Source: a virus
Taxonomy: Duplodnaviria; Caudoviricetes
Length of the DNA: 64,000 nt
IMG/VR virus record: IMGVR_UViG_3300023179_000070
Span: 1 to 64,000 of that record
Strand: one strand, 5' to 3'
Under the pieces are notes generated by a model that saw only the letters and a program-made list of their open reading frames with translations, was not told the DNA's origin and did no database searches. The position numbers were made by a program, and so were the translations under genes. Positions 9,816-21,500 of this stretch are shown here, in pieces. Each line of letters opens with the position of its first letter. Position 1 is the stretch's first letter.

Positions 9816-10826
9816 GTGCAAACTCAAGAAAAAGCTCAATTAAGATTACTTTTTGTTGACATATTAAAGGGTTATAGTTTAGCCTATTATAAAAATAATA
9901 AATTATATTTTAAGCATAATACCAGTTTTGATTCTGGTGATATAGACCATCTTAGGCAGGAATTTATTGAGAAAGCTAAAAAAAACGGCTTACCAACAGA
10001 AATTGAAAAAGAAAAATATTTAATCGGTGAAGAGTTATGGTCAGAAGATAAGAATCAACAAATTAAAAATATAAAATATTCAATATCTGGTTTAAAACAA
10101 ACTAAATCTAAATTATTTAAAAGTGATGATATTAATGAAATAAACAATAAAATTAATGAAGAAAATTTAAAATTAATTGAATTAAATTCTGAAAGAAAAG
10201 AATTATTAGGTTTTACAGTAGAGGATTATGCAAATAAAAAAATTAATGAATATTATATGTTTAATACATTGCATAAGGATAAAAATTTAAAAGAAAAGTT
10301 CTTTTCTGAAGAGCAGTTTGATGAATTAGAGAATAAAGACTTATCTGATATATTAAATATATATAATAATATTAATAAAAATTTTATAGAAAACAATCTT
10401 AAAAAGATCGCTCTGTCTTCTTATTATCTTAGTTTGTATAATTTATGCTCAGATAGTGCTTATAATTTATATGGAAAACCTATAGTTTATTTAACTTTTT
10501 ATCAAATGGAGGTATTTGGATATGCTAAATACTTTAAAAATGCTTTATCTGAAGCAAAAAATAAGCCAGCTGATGAATATTTTGAAGATCCAGAAAAATT
10601 AATAGAATGGTTAGAAAGTAGTAAAAATGTGGAAGAAGTACTTAATAAAACAGAAGAAAATCACAAAGGAACCGAAGGAGCCATAGCTACTTCTATTGTA
10701 GGTGCTAAAAAAGAAGATTTAGATAAGATCAAAAAAGACGAAAATGGCATTAGTCTACATCAAGAAGCAGAGAAAAAAGGTGGAGTTTTAACTATGCAGG
10801 ATTTAATGAAAATGCATGGAGTTTAA
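9816..10826 (+). CDS. putative tail assembly chaperone 2
   Basis: Directly upstream of tape measure; LTFYQ motif, coiled coil. Confidence 0.45.
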   Translation: MQTQEKAQLRLLFVDILKGYSLAYYKNNKLYFKHNTSFDSGDIDHLRQEFIEKAKKNGLPTEIEKEKYLIGEELWSEDKNQQIKNIKYSISGLKQTKSKLFKSDDINEINNKINEENLKLIELNSERKELLGFTVEDYANKKINEYYMFNTLHKDKNLKEKFFSEEQFDELENKDLSDILNIYNNINKNFIENNLKKIALSSYYLSLYNLCSDSAYNLYGKPIVYLTFYQMEVFGYAKYFKNALSEAKNKPADEYFEDPEKLIEWLESSKNVEEVLNKTEENHKGTEGAIATSIVGAKKEDLDKIKKDENGISLHQEAEKKGGVLTMQDLMKMHGV

Positions 10827-10857
10827 TACCTAATACTATCATAATTAATAATATTTC

Positions 10858-10864
10858 GTGTAAT
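10858..10864 (+). promoter_or_regulatory. GTGTAAT motif upstream of tape measure gene
   Basis: Recurrent motif; AAGGA RBS before ATG 10889. Confidence 0.6.
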
Positions 10865-10888
10865 TCCTTATAGTTAAAGGAATAAGGA

Positions 10889-13800
10889 ATGGCTAAAACT
10901 TCGGCTACAATTTCAGTAGGTGCAGATACAAGGCAGCTCGAAAGAGATATTCAGAGCGCTTTAGCGCGTGATTTTAAATTCAAAGGATTTAGTGAAAAAG
11001 CATTTACTCAACCTCTTGGGCGTATTACTGGGGCTGCTAATGAATTTCAAAAATCATTAGATGCATCAAATGCTCGTGTTATTGCATTCGGAGCCAGTGC
11101 GGGTTTAATATATTCTGTAGAAAAAGCTTTTACATCATTAGTTAAAAGTACAATAGATGTACAAAAATCATTAACTGATATTAATGTTATTTTAAATACT
11201 AATTCGGCTAATTTACAAAGATTTGGAAATAGTTTATTTGATATTGCTAAAAATACAGCTCAATCTTTTGATACAGTAGCCCAAGCTGCAACAGAATTTG
11301 CAAGACAAGGTTTAACATTAGAAGAAACTTTAAAAAGAACAAAAGACGCACTGATATTAACACGTTTAAGCGGTTTAGATACTATTAGTTCTGTAGAAGC
11401 TTTAACTGCTACTCTTAATAGTTTTAATAAAGCGGGTTTAGATTCAACTGCCGTAATTAATAAATTAGCTAATGTTGACGCAGCATTTGCAGTAAGTAGT
11501 GGCGACCTTGCAGAAGCAATTAAACGAGTTGGTTCATCTGCAACTGACGCAGGAGTTAGTTTCGATCAACTATTAGCAATTGTAACAAGCGTGCAGCAAA
11601 CTACTGCTAGAGGTGGGGCAGTCATTGGAAATTCTTTAAAGACTATTTTTACAAGATTAGAAAGAACTTCTGTTTTAGATCAATTAGAGCGATTAGGAAT
11701 TCAAGTAAGAGATACTCAAGATAATACTTTACCAGCAATACAAATTTTAAGTAATTTGGCTAAAACATACGATACCTTAGGAGATGCTCAAAAATCTCAA
11801 ACAGCAGAATTAGTTGGTGGTGTATTTCAAATTAATATTTTAAAAGCAGCTTTAGGGGATTTAAACAAACAATATTCTGTATATAAAAATGCATTAGATA
11901 CAGCTGGATCTTCTACAGATGAAGCTATTATAAGAAATGAAAAATTAAATCAAACATTATCAGCATTAGTAAATAAAACTTTTGTTAACTTAACTAAAGT
12001 GGGTTCTGAGGTAGGAAATATTACATTAGCTCCAACTCTTACAAATACTTTAAATCTATTAAATAAAGGACTAGAATCATTATCTACCGACAGTAATTCA
12101 ACTGGAGGTAAAATAGCGAAAGGAGTATTAGAGGGACTTGGGTCATTTATAAGTGGCCCTGGAGTAGTATTAGTTACTGCAGTTTTTGGAAAATTATTTT
12201 TAAATTTAGCAAAATTTGCTTCTCAATCAATTCAAACATTATTAAATATAAATACTCAAGCAGATCAAAGAGCGCAAATACAAACTAAAATTAATCAAAT
12301 ATTAGCTCAAGAACCTAATTTAATAAGTGCAATATATAATAGACAGATTAGTGTTTTAGATGTAGAGAATAATATTTTACAAATCATTCGCCAACAAACA
12401 TTAGAAAGGGAAAGAGCCGCTGCTGTTTCAGCTGCAGTAACAGAAGGCTTGCTTGTAAGAGGAGTTTCAACAAAAGGCGGAACTTTAAAAGCAAAAAGTG
12501 GAGGATTTATACCTAATTTTAGCGCTTCAGAAATTTATGGAGCATTAGCTGGTGGATATGTACCAGGAAATATTCGTCAAATGAATATACCTGGACAAGG
12601 AAATATAACATACAATACCGCAGAAACAGTTAAAAATTTTCCAGGAATGAGTCAACCAGCTATTATGCCTCCACAAGGAAGTATAGCTGGAAAAAATTAT
12701 CAAAAACAATTTATTGGAGCGCATGGATTTAATCCTTATGCGTCTGGTGGATTTATTCCTAATTTTGCAGATTATATGATTGGCGGAAGAAGATTTTCAG
12801 CTTCTCAAATACCTTATGCAATTAAATCAAAAGTTATAACTTCAGAAGAAGCCCGAGCAGCTGGATATTTAAATACTACAGAAAGAAATCTTTTAAAACA
12901 AAAAGAAAAATCAGGAAGTTATCTTGTTCCTCCTATTTTTTCTAACTCTCCTTTATTAGCATTAAATCGTTATGAAAGAAAACAAGGATATACATTTAAT
13001 ACTCCTAAAGGAAATGTGGATGTTAATTTTCCAGTAATTCCATTTAATCAAAATTCTGCTGGATTTAAGTTAACAGATTTAAGAAAAAATTTAGATAAAG
13101 TTATAGATTCTTCTATTCAAAATTTTGCAACAAGTATTTATAAAACAAGACAACTAAATCCTCCGATTGATTTACCAAAAACAATTGAACAAGCAAAACA
13201 TGAATCTGAAGGACTTGCTGGATCAGTAGAAGGAACAATCGGAGGAATATTTGAGTCTGCTTTTAGATCTGCATTTGGTCGTAGTGTCAAAGCTGGACTT
13301 GGGGGTGGATTTGATGTAGGAAGAATTCCAAGAGATTTAGGTCTATTTTTTCCTGGTGCAATGCCTGGAGTTCCAGGAGATTTTAAAAGTTCTGATAGTG
13401 GTGGTAATAGAAAAAGTATGGCACTTAAAATTTTAAGATCTGAAGGCATGGTTTCAGTTTTAAATTTAATTGGTGGAAAAAATGCAGCTGCAGGATTTAT
13501 TCCTAATTTTACAGCATTAGATAGTGCGATAGGAAGAGAAGTGGCAGCGGGAACATCTATCTCTAGAATAAGAATTGGTAAAGATTCAAGATTAACATCT
13601 TCAGCAAATCCTCTTGGTCTAGGAGTTTATAATACAAAAGATGAACCAATGGGCCTTGGTCAAGGAGTACAAAGATATGGATCTAAAGCTAAAATGGCTG
13701 GTGCAGCAAATGGATTTATTCCAAATTTTGCTAATTCTAATTGGGGATTTTCTGAATATATTAGACCTGATGATCCATTAGCAACTCAAATGAAAGCTAA

Positions 13801-16800
13801 TACAGCAGCTATGGCTGAAAATGCTAGACAACAAAAAATTGCAGCTCAATCTATAAAAGATTTATCTACATCTGCAAATAAAGCTAATAAAGGTTTATCT
13901 CTTACTGGCGATAAGTTTTTACTTTTGTCTGCTTTAGCTCCAGTAATATTATCAACTGCTTCACAATTTGCCCCAAATAATAAAGGATTACAAAGAGGTC
14001 TAAATGCTGCTCAAACAACATTACAATTTGCAGGGCTTGGAGCAGGTATAGGTAGCGTTATTCCTGGCGTAGGAACTGCGATTGGAGGAGGAGTGGGTCT
14101 TGCAGCTGGAGGAGTTCTTGCGGCATATCAATACTTAGAAGATATTAAATCTGAAGATTTCAAAAATAAAATGGCAGAATATGAAAAATTAAAAGATGAA
14201 TTTAATAGTACTCAAAATGCAGTTCAACAACTACTTCCAACTATAGAAGAATATAAAAATGTTCAAATTTCTAATGTAGACGAAATAACTAAAAAAGCAA
14301 GATTAGATTTATTAAGAGATAAAATAATTGAAGTAACTAGTCAATTACCAGAAGAAATTGGTACAAAAATAATAGAAGGTTTTAATGCTGGAGAATTAGA
14401 TAAAATTCCAGATTTAATAAATCAAGGTCTTTTTGGAAAAAGTGCAGAATTAATAGAAAAAGAAGCTGTAACATTTTTAGAAGGACTTAAACTTGAAGGA
14501 CAAAAACCTGGAGACACAGAAAAAATAGCAAAAATATTAACTGGCGGAATTAATCCAGCGACAGGAAGAGGATTTGTTTCTCAATTTTTAGAAACTAAAG
14601 GAGGAAGAGAAAAAGCCTCTGAAATAGTTGATCAATTAGCAGCTTTAAGAAGAGGTCAAACTATATCCATTGGCGGAGTTCAAGTAGGAGGTGGTGGAGG
14701 ACCTATAATTGAAAAGAATATATTTGGTACTCCACAATTAACTAAAGGTGGGGCAGCAAAATTATCAGCAATATTTAGTGCTTTAGATCCAATATATTCT
14801 TCTACAGTAGAAGGACAAAAATATTTTGAAGATATTAAAAATGAAGCAAAAAATATAGCTCTTTCCACGGGTGATGAGAATAAAGTTTTAGATTCTATTA
14901 TTAATAATTTACAAAAGAGATTAGCTTTAAGTCAACAAGCTTTAAAATCAGAAGAAATAAATGTTGTTGACGCAAAAAGTTTTGCAGCATCTTTTGCTAA
15001 AGGTCAATTAACTAGAGAAAAGATAAATAAATATTTAGAACAGCAAGCTAAACTAGAAGAAAATCAACCTGCATATATGATTGGAGCAGAATTTGAAAAT
15101 CTACTAACATCTGTAGATAAAGAAGTATTAAATTTTGAATCAAGAGATAAAATTCAAAAAGATCTTATAAATGGACAAAAAGATTTAGCTAATCAATATC
15201 TAAAAGGTAAAATAGATTATGATGAATATTTAGGCGCCTTAAAAAGTTTGAAAGAAAGTAGTATTTTGTTGGATAAAAGGCAAAGAGGTCAATTATTTGC
15301 AGAAGATTTTAGAACTGGAAGACAAACTCAAAGAGAATCTAGAATATTAAACAAACAAACAAAAATAGGTGATTTTTCACAAGCATTTTTTGATGAATTT
15401 GATAATCGGTCTGAGGATTCTTATCGTCAAGCTCAACTTGGAGCAGCTGATACAGCTAGAACAATTAAAAGCGAGTTTAATAATGCTTTCTTATCTTTTG
15501 CTAATGGAACAGCTACTGCTAGTGATGCATTTACAAAGATGGCTCTTAATATCAGTGATAAAATACAACAGTTGGCTCTTGAATTTAGTACTAATCTTAT
15601 TTTTGGTAAACTTTTCGGTAGTACTAGCAATATATTTGGTGGCGGTGGAGGTGGATTATTTGGAAGTTTATTTGGCAAATCACAAGGTGGATTAATTAAA
15701 GGTTATTCTACTGGAGGACATGTTTTTGGAGGATCAGGAAGTAAAGATGATGTTCCAGCTATGTTAAGTCAAGGAGAGTATGTTGTTAGAAAAAATGCTG
15801 TTAAAAAATATGGTTTAGAATATTTACAAATGCTTAATGAAGGAAAAGTAGATAAAAAGTTTGCTGGAGGCGCTGCTGCTCTTTTAGTTGCAGGGCTTAG
15901 TCAAGCAATAAAAACGAATCCAACTAATAATTCTCCTTTTACAGGTGTTGCTTCATTGATGATTTCTAATAAAAATAAAAATAATAAATTTTTAAAATAT
16001 GGTGGAATAATTCAAGGATTTGCTGAAGGCGGATTTGCAAATTTTGGTAAGGAAATAGGAAGTGGGCAAGCTTTTGGAGTATTTACGGGTTCAACGTTAG
16101 GAATTAGCGAGGCAAGAGCTGGGACCCCAAAAGATGTTGCTCTAGCTAAATATTCAGGTTTAGGATCATCTGCAAAATACAATGGACAACCTGCTAGTTC
16201 AATTCAACAAAAAACATTTAATTCAACTTTCTTACCAGTATTCTCTAGTGCTTATGATCAAACTGCGGCTCAACTCGCGGCTGCCAAAAACGTATCCTCA
16301 ACATCCTCAGTGGCCCCTTTTATTTCAAGATCCAATAGAGAAGAAGAGTTTTTTAAATCTGGTGGAAGAGTCCAAAAATTTGCAGATGGAGGAGAATCTA
16401 AATTTTTAGGAGAAAATGTTTATAGATATAATGATCCTCTTAATCCAACTGGTGGACAAAATATCATTGATCCAAGACTTAGTTTACAAGCGATTCTTGA
16501 TCAAAATAATCCTCAAAATAGAATAAGACAAGAAAGAGAACGAGCTTTATATGATTATTTAAATTATGTTGCTGGAGTTAATGAAAGTAATCGCAGAAGT
16601 TTAGAAGAAAATATTCGCGTAAATCAAGAAATACAAAATCAATATAATACTCAAAAAAGTGCAAAGAGCAGAGGAGCTTATATGTCTTTTGGATTAGGTT
16701 TAGCTTCAGCAGGATTAGGATTTTTAGCAAAAGGAGGAGAAGTTAAAAAATTTGCTTCTGGAGGAAGTAGTGAAGATGATGTTCCAGCTTTACTTATGGG

Positions 16801-17158
16801 TGGAGAATTTGTAATGAAAAAAGAAGCGGTTAATATGTATGGTAAAAAATTCTTTGATGATCTTAACGCTGGAAGAGCTAAAAAATTTGCAGATGGTGGA
16901 GCAGTTAGTAATGTTGTTGATGGAACAGGTTCTACTAATTATTCTCCAACAAGTAATGTAAATGTAACAATTAATTTAAATCAAGAAAATGTAATAAGTG
17001 AAAAAAGTGAAACAAATACAAGCGCGAATAATCAAGAAGAAGCAAAGAGAACTAAAATGCTAGCTGAACAAGTTAAAACTCAAGTAATGAGAGTCATCAC
17101 AGAGCAACAAAGACCAGGTGGTTTATTAAGTAGTTCAGTATATAGTAAAAAACGTTAA
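10889..17158 (+). CDS. tail tape measure protein (TP901-type core)
   Basis: 2089 aa; GAVIGNSLKTIFTRL TMP core; GGFIPNF and KFAxGG repeats; DDVPA.L..GE.V motifs. Confidence 0.9.
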   Translation: MAKTSATISVGADTRQLERDIQSALARDFKFKGFSEKAFTQPLGRITGAANEFQKSLDASNARVIAFGASAGLIYSVEKAFTSLVKSTIDVQKSLTDINVILNTNSANLQRFGNSLFDIAKNTAQSFDTVAQAATEFARQGLTLEETLKRTKDALILTRLSGLDTISSVEALTATLNSFNKAGLDSTAVINKLANVDAAFAVSSGDLAEAIKRVGSSATDAGVSFDQLLAIVTSVQQTTARGGAVIGNSLKTIFTRLERTSVLDQLERLGIQVRDTQDNTLPAIQILSNLAKTYDTLGDAQKSQTAELVGGVFQINILKAALGDLNKQYSVYKNALDTAGSSTDEAIIRNEKLNQTLSALVNKTFVNLTKVGSEVGNITLAPTLTNTLNLLNKGLESLSTDSNSTGGKIAKGVLEGLGSFISGPGVVLVTAVFGKLFLNLAKFASQSIQTLLNINTQADQRAQIQTKINQILAQEPNLISAIYNRQISVLDVENNILQIIRQQTLERERAAAVSAAVTEGLLVRGVSTKGGTLKAKSGGFIPNFSASEIYGALAGGYVPGNIRQMNIPGQGNITYNTAETVKNFPGMSQPAIMPPQGSIAGKNYQKQFIGAHGFNPYASGGFIPNFADYMIGGRRFSASQIPYAIKSKVITSEEARAAGYLNTTERNLLKQKEKSGSYLVPPIFSNSPLLALNRYERKQGYTFNTPKGNVDVNFPVIPFNQNSAGFKLTDLRKNLDKVIDSSIQNFATSIYKTRQLNPPIDLPKTIEQAKHESEGLAGSVEGTIGGIFESAFRSAFGRSVKAGLGGGFDVGRIPRDLGLFFPGAMPGVPGDFKSSDSGGNRKSMALKILRSEGMVSVLNLIGGKNAAAGFIPNFTALDSAIGREVAAGTSISRIRIGKDSRLTSSANPLGLGVYNTKDEPMGLGQGVQRYGSKAKMAGAANGFIPNFANSNWGFSEYIRPDDPLATQMKANTAAMAENARQQKIAAQSIKDLSTSANKANKGLSLTGDKFLLLSALAPVILSTASQFAPNNKGLQRGLNAAQTTLQFAGLGAGIGSVIPGVGTAIGGGVGLAAGGVLAAYQYLEDIKSEDFKNKMAEYEKLKDEFNSTQNAVQQLLPTIEEYKNVQISNVDEITKKARLDLLRDKIIEVTSQLPEEIGTKIIEGFNAGELDKIPDLINQGLFGKSAELIEKEAVTFLEGLKLEGQKPGDTEKIAKILTGGINPATGRGFVSQFLETKGGREKASEIVDQLAALRRGQTISIGGVQVGGGGGPIIEKNIFGTPQLTKGGAAKLSAIFSALDPIYSSTVEGQKYFEDIKNEAKNIALSTGDENKVLDSIINNLQKRLALSQQALKSEEINVVDAKSFAASFAKGQLTREKINKYLEQQAKLEENQPAYMIGAEFENLLTSVDKEVLNFESRDKIQKDLINGQKDLANQYLKGKIDYDEYLGALKSLKESSILLDKRQRGQLFAEDFRTGRQTQRESRILNKQTKIGDFSQAFFDEFDNRSEDSYRQAQLGAADTARTIKSEFNNAFLSFANGTATASDAFTKMALNISDKIQQLALEFSTNLIFGKLFGSTSNIFGGGGGGLFGSLFGKSQGGLIKGYSTGGHVFGGSGSKDDVPAMLSQGEYVVRKNAVKKYGLEYLQMLNEGKVDKKFAGGAAALLVAGLSQAIKTNPTNNSPFTGVASLMISNKNKNNKFLKYGGIIQGFAEGGFANFGKEIGSGQAFGVFTGSTLGISEARAGTPKDVALAKYSGLGSSAKYNGQPASSIQQKTFNSTFLPVFSSAYDQTAAQLAAAKNVSSTSSVAPFISRSNREEEFFKSGGRVQKFADGGESKFLGENVYRYNDPLNPTGGQNIIDPRLSLQAILDQNNPQNRIRQERERALYDYLNYVAGVNESNRRSLEENIRVNQEIQNQYNTQKSAKSRGAYMSFGLGLASAGLGFLAKGGEVKKFASGGSSEDDVPALLMGGEFVMKKEAVNMYGKKFFDDLNAGRAKKFADGGAVSNVVDGTGSTNYSPTSNVNVTINLNQENVISEKSETNTSANNQEEAKRTKMLAEQVKTQVMRVITEQQRPGGLLSSSVYSKKR

Positions 17159-18571
17159 TTATAAAATTAATTTTGCAGAAAAATTAATTAAATCTTTTTC
17201 AGATATAACTTGATTTTTATTTATAGAAGAGTTTTGATTGATATATTGTTTTAAAGTATCTAAAGAATAAGAATATTTAAATAAAAATGTTATATAATCT
17301 TTATCATTTAATAGAGTTTTATATTTTTGATAAAGTTTAAGATTTCCACTGCTTTCAATATAAAACTTTTCATTATCACAAAAATTCGTAATAAATTGTA
17401 TATAAAGAGTACATTGATCATCAATTTCTTCTGCTTTAATAATTTCAGCTTTCAAAATATTTCTATTTTGTAAATAATCTAAATCAATTCTTGAGTCAAT
17501 GTAATTAATTAAATTTTTGTCATAATATCCAATATAATCTTTTTGTATATTATAATTATTATCTAATACTGAATCTGTATTAATATCATCTGATAAACAG
17601 ATAGTTTTATTTATTTCATTTTTTCTTAATAAAGGCAAATATTTCTTAAAGATCATATCATTAATTGATAGTTCTTGATCTAAACTAACCTCAAGGCTTT
17701 CTTTATTGAATAAATAAATATAATTTTGATAGAATATTAATGTTTCATTGTTAACTGATTGCTTGTAAATTTTACCTATATCTAATACTTGATTTGAATA
17801 AAATTCTGAGAATAAATTATTAATATCTTCTTCGTCTTCTTTATCTTTTAAAAATTTATATATTTCAGATTGAACATAATTTAATGGAATAACAGTAATA
17901 TTTAAATTTTCAGATATTTCTACGATATCACTTTCAATAAAAGGTACGGTTAATAACACTGTATTTTCATTAACATCTAACCAATTTTTTTCAATATTTT
18001 CAACAAATAAATTACTTAAGTTCTTATTTTTTAATATACGATTCGATACTTTAGTTAATACAAGAAAAGAATAAATTTCTTTTTGTTTAAAATATTCTTT
18101 ATTTATTAGAAATTTTATATTTAAATAGTCACTACTTCTATAAATTTTATTAAATAGATCGTTTTTGCTTATATTATCTATTTCTGGATATTCACCTTCT
18201 ACTCTAAAATCTTCTTGATTATCATTATTATAATCAATTTCAAATAAAAGATTTTTAAAAAATCCAAGTTTATTATTGATTCTTTTATATGATTCATAAT
18301 TATTTAAAAAATCATATTTAAATATATTTTTAGCTTTATTTTTTAGTAAATTAGAGAAATATTTTGTTTTCTTGGCTCCTTCTAAACTTTCCATTCTATG
18401 TTCGATTATTGGTTCATAATTTTGTAGACCCGTATAATTTTCAATTAATGTATTATCTTCATTTCTTATTTTAATATTATAACTTGGAAATGGTTGATTT
18501 ATATCTATATAATTAGGAATATCTCTTAAAGTCTCCCATTCTAAAGTTAAATTGATATTTTTAATTTTCAT
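17159..18571 (-). CDS. hypothetical protein (probable start 18571)
   Basis: ORF abutting the tail-tip J gene; very N/K/I-rich. Confidence 0.6.
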   Translation of the reverse strand: MKIKNINLTLEWETLRDIPNYIDINQPFPSYNIKIRNEDNTLIENYTGLQNYEPIIEHRMESLEGAKKTKYFSNLLKNKAKNIFKYDFLNNYESYKRINNKLGFFKNLLFEIDYNNDNQEDFRVEGEYPEIDNISKNDLFNKIYRSSDYLNIKFLINKEYFKQKEIYSFLVLTKVSNRILKNKNLSNLFVENIEKNWLDVNENTVLLTVPFIESDIVEISENLNITVIPLNYVQSEIYKFLKDKEDEEDINNLFSEFYSNQVLDIGKIYKQSVNNETLIFYQNYIYLFNKESLEVSLDQELSINDMIFKKYLPLLRKNEINKTICLSDDINTDSVLDNNYNIQKDYIGYYDKNLINYIDSRIDLDYLQNRNILKAEIIKAEEIDDQCTLYIQFITNFCDNEKFYIESSGNLKLYQKYKTLLNDKDYITFLFKYSYSLDTLKQYINQNSSINKNQVISEKDLINFSAKLIL

Positions 18572-18572
18572 T

Positions 18573-21500
18573 TTAATATATATTATATCCTGAAGCAATT
18601 ACTCTATCTAATGTTGCTTGAGTAGTTAAAGAATATAACCCAGTTGCAGCAACAGATCTTTCGCCAATTGAATTTTCAGCAAATACTCTAAAGTAATAGT
18701 TTCCAGTATAATATGGAGTTAAAAATGGAGGTATTGTTCCAGTCGTAAAATATCCAATAGATACTCCAGTATTTAGTAAATTGGATGATATTACATTATA
18801 TAAATATTGCTCTGTGTTGTTACTTATATCAAAATTTGTTCCACTTTTAATATATACATAATATAATGTATTTGATTGATAATTCCCAATTGGTCTAATA
18901 TTATACATTATGCTATTAACACCACCTTGATTACTTGTATAAATAGTTGTGCAATTTGCATCTGCGCAATATGAATTTGAAGTCGGACTTCTAAAAATTC
19001 CACTTAAAAATAAATCTGGAGTTACTGGTGCATTTGGTCTTACTGGAACGTTTACCAAAAGTGCAGCGTTATCAATATCTGCATATTTTTGATCATTATA
19101 TTCTAAAGCATTAACATTAAAAATTGTTGGATCTTTTTCTGTTATATTTAATACTCTATATTTTTTAGGTTTATTTAGATATGATTCTAAATAATATCCT
19201 GGATATGCTTCTCTAGAAGTATTATTAATTGGAGATCTTATGTCTAATCCTCCAGATATACCGCCATATCCAGTAGTAGATATATCTATAGACCAAACTG
19301 TATTTTGAATTAAGCCATATGGCGCATTTAATTGACTTGGGAATGTTAATTTTATATTATTTGAATATATACCAGTTCCACTAGATACTAGACTAATAAG
19401 ATTACTATCAAAATTTATTGATTGAATTTGAGATTTTCTTATAAAAGAACTATTTAATCCTGTAACTCCAGAAGATGTAATATCAAAACCAGTAGCGTAT
19501 AAATCCCCAAGAGATGTTCCTAAATTTAAATTATAAGTAGGTACAAGAACATTAAATTTAAATGAACTATTTACTCCAGTAAGTGCATATAAATTATAAG
19601 GATTATAAGGGGTATCTAATACTACACTTCCAGATGTTAATTCTAGAGTTCTACCTGCATAAACTTGATTTTTTCTATATTGATCATAAATTGATATAAT
19701 ATCTCCTGGTTTTATATAGTTTCCATCAATTCCAACTTGAAAATCTACAAGTTCAGTTTCTGTATTTTCTGTTGCTAAAATCCATCTTCCAGCTCTTCTA
19801 GCTTGATTTTTACTCGTACAACCAAAAGCTGTAATTTCTGTTTCTCTAATTCCATATTTTAGAATTGCATCTTTATTTTCTACATATTCAATAGCTGGCT
19901 TGTAACTATTATTTTCATCATTATATCTTACATATGCTACAGTTTTTCTTGCTTTTTTTGATGCGTCAGAATAATTAAATGAACCATTTATTACATTACT
20001 ATTATTGAATATATATATTGGATCTTTTAAAGAATCTTGAGATACTGTTATTTGCCCAGCAGAATAATATACTATAGCATTAAAAAGACTAGCCATATCA
20101 TTTAAAACTTTATATGCTTCTTCTTTATTTGCTATATATAAATTGCATCTAAATCTTGGTTCTAAGCCACCCATGCCATCTGCAACTAATTGATCACAAT
20201 ATTGTCCAATTTCATATAATGACCATTTATCTGTTAAATTTGAATCTATATATTTTCCTAATCCAAATCTATTATTTGTTAATAAATCATAAAAACACCA
20301 AGCTGGATTATCTGTCCATGCTACTTTAAACTGTCCATTCCATGCTCCACTATATGTTTTTGATATTGGATCATAATTTGTTGGAATTTTAACTTTTAAA
20401 AGTCTAACTTTATAACTTCTTTTGGGGATATCACTAAAATATCTTGCATCGAATTTAGAAAAAACCATAGCTGTATCTGGATAAACAAATCGATCCGAAT
20501 ATACTTGAGTAATGCTGTGAACTTCTGTAGAATTACTTAAGCTACTAGAAACTCCTTCATAAACACTTTTAATCACATCTATCGCCCATCCAATTTGATT
20601 TGGAAATAATTCAAACCATGGACTATTTTCTGCAAAAGGTCTTAAAGTAATTTCATATGTAAAAATCAAAGGATTTGATATTTTTCCTCTGGCCCCAACT
20701 TCATCATAAGAATAATAATTTGATATATATGGCGAATATTTAGATGTATCTAATTGAACAACCTGACCATCTTTTAAAACCCTCCATGTTGCAAATCTAA
20801 ATGATAAATTTTGTCTTTCTACATCTCCAGCATTTGATCCAGTCAATATTTGTTGATATAAAGAATTAACTTTTATATTTACTTTTAAAGCAGAAACATT
20901 TGTATTATATACATAATATCTTTTTGGAGTTAGTATTTGAGTTGCATATGCACTTCCACCGCTTACCAAGTATGCACCATATAATGTTTCTCCTATACTT
21001 TCGGTAACTGATGTTTCTAATGGATATTTATTTATATCAACTTTTTTACCAAAATAGTCTCTTCTATCTTCATAAAGATTTAAATATGGATTATAAATCG
21101 TATGATCATTTGTTTTTTCTCCGTAATTATATTTATAATCAACAAATTGAAAATTATAATAACCTCTAAAATCTGTTATAGGTACATCATCATAAAAAAT
21201 TGATCTTGTTTCTGGATTAGAAATTGTTTGTCCATATGGTTGAAAAGTAACACTAGTATAACCAATATCTCCAGTATTTTTTCCACTAATATTTGGGATA
21301 TAGGTTCCAGATACAAATCCTTCAATTGGTCCCTCACTTATTAAATCTAAAATATTTACTTGTGTTATAGAATTGTAAGCCCTACTATCTCTAAAACTTT
21401 GTGGAACAGCATTTTCTGTTGCTAGCGTTGTACTTGATCTAAATATTGTTTTTAAATCTGGACTATTTAATACAAGGTCATTTTTTTGCGCACCAGTAAT

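Noticed and set aside
9780-9818. AAAAAAG slippery site / readthrough joining the two chaperone genes (lambda G-T style)
   Set aside because: The heptamer is out of phase, both shifted frames stop within a few codons, and the genes share a frame separated by three stops
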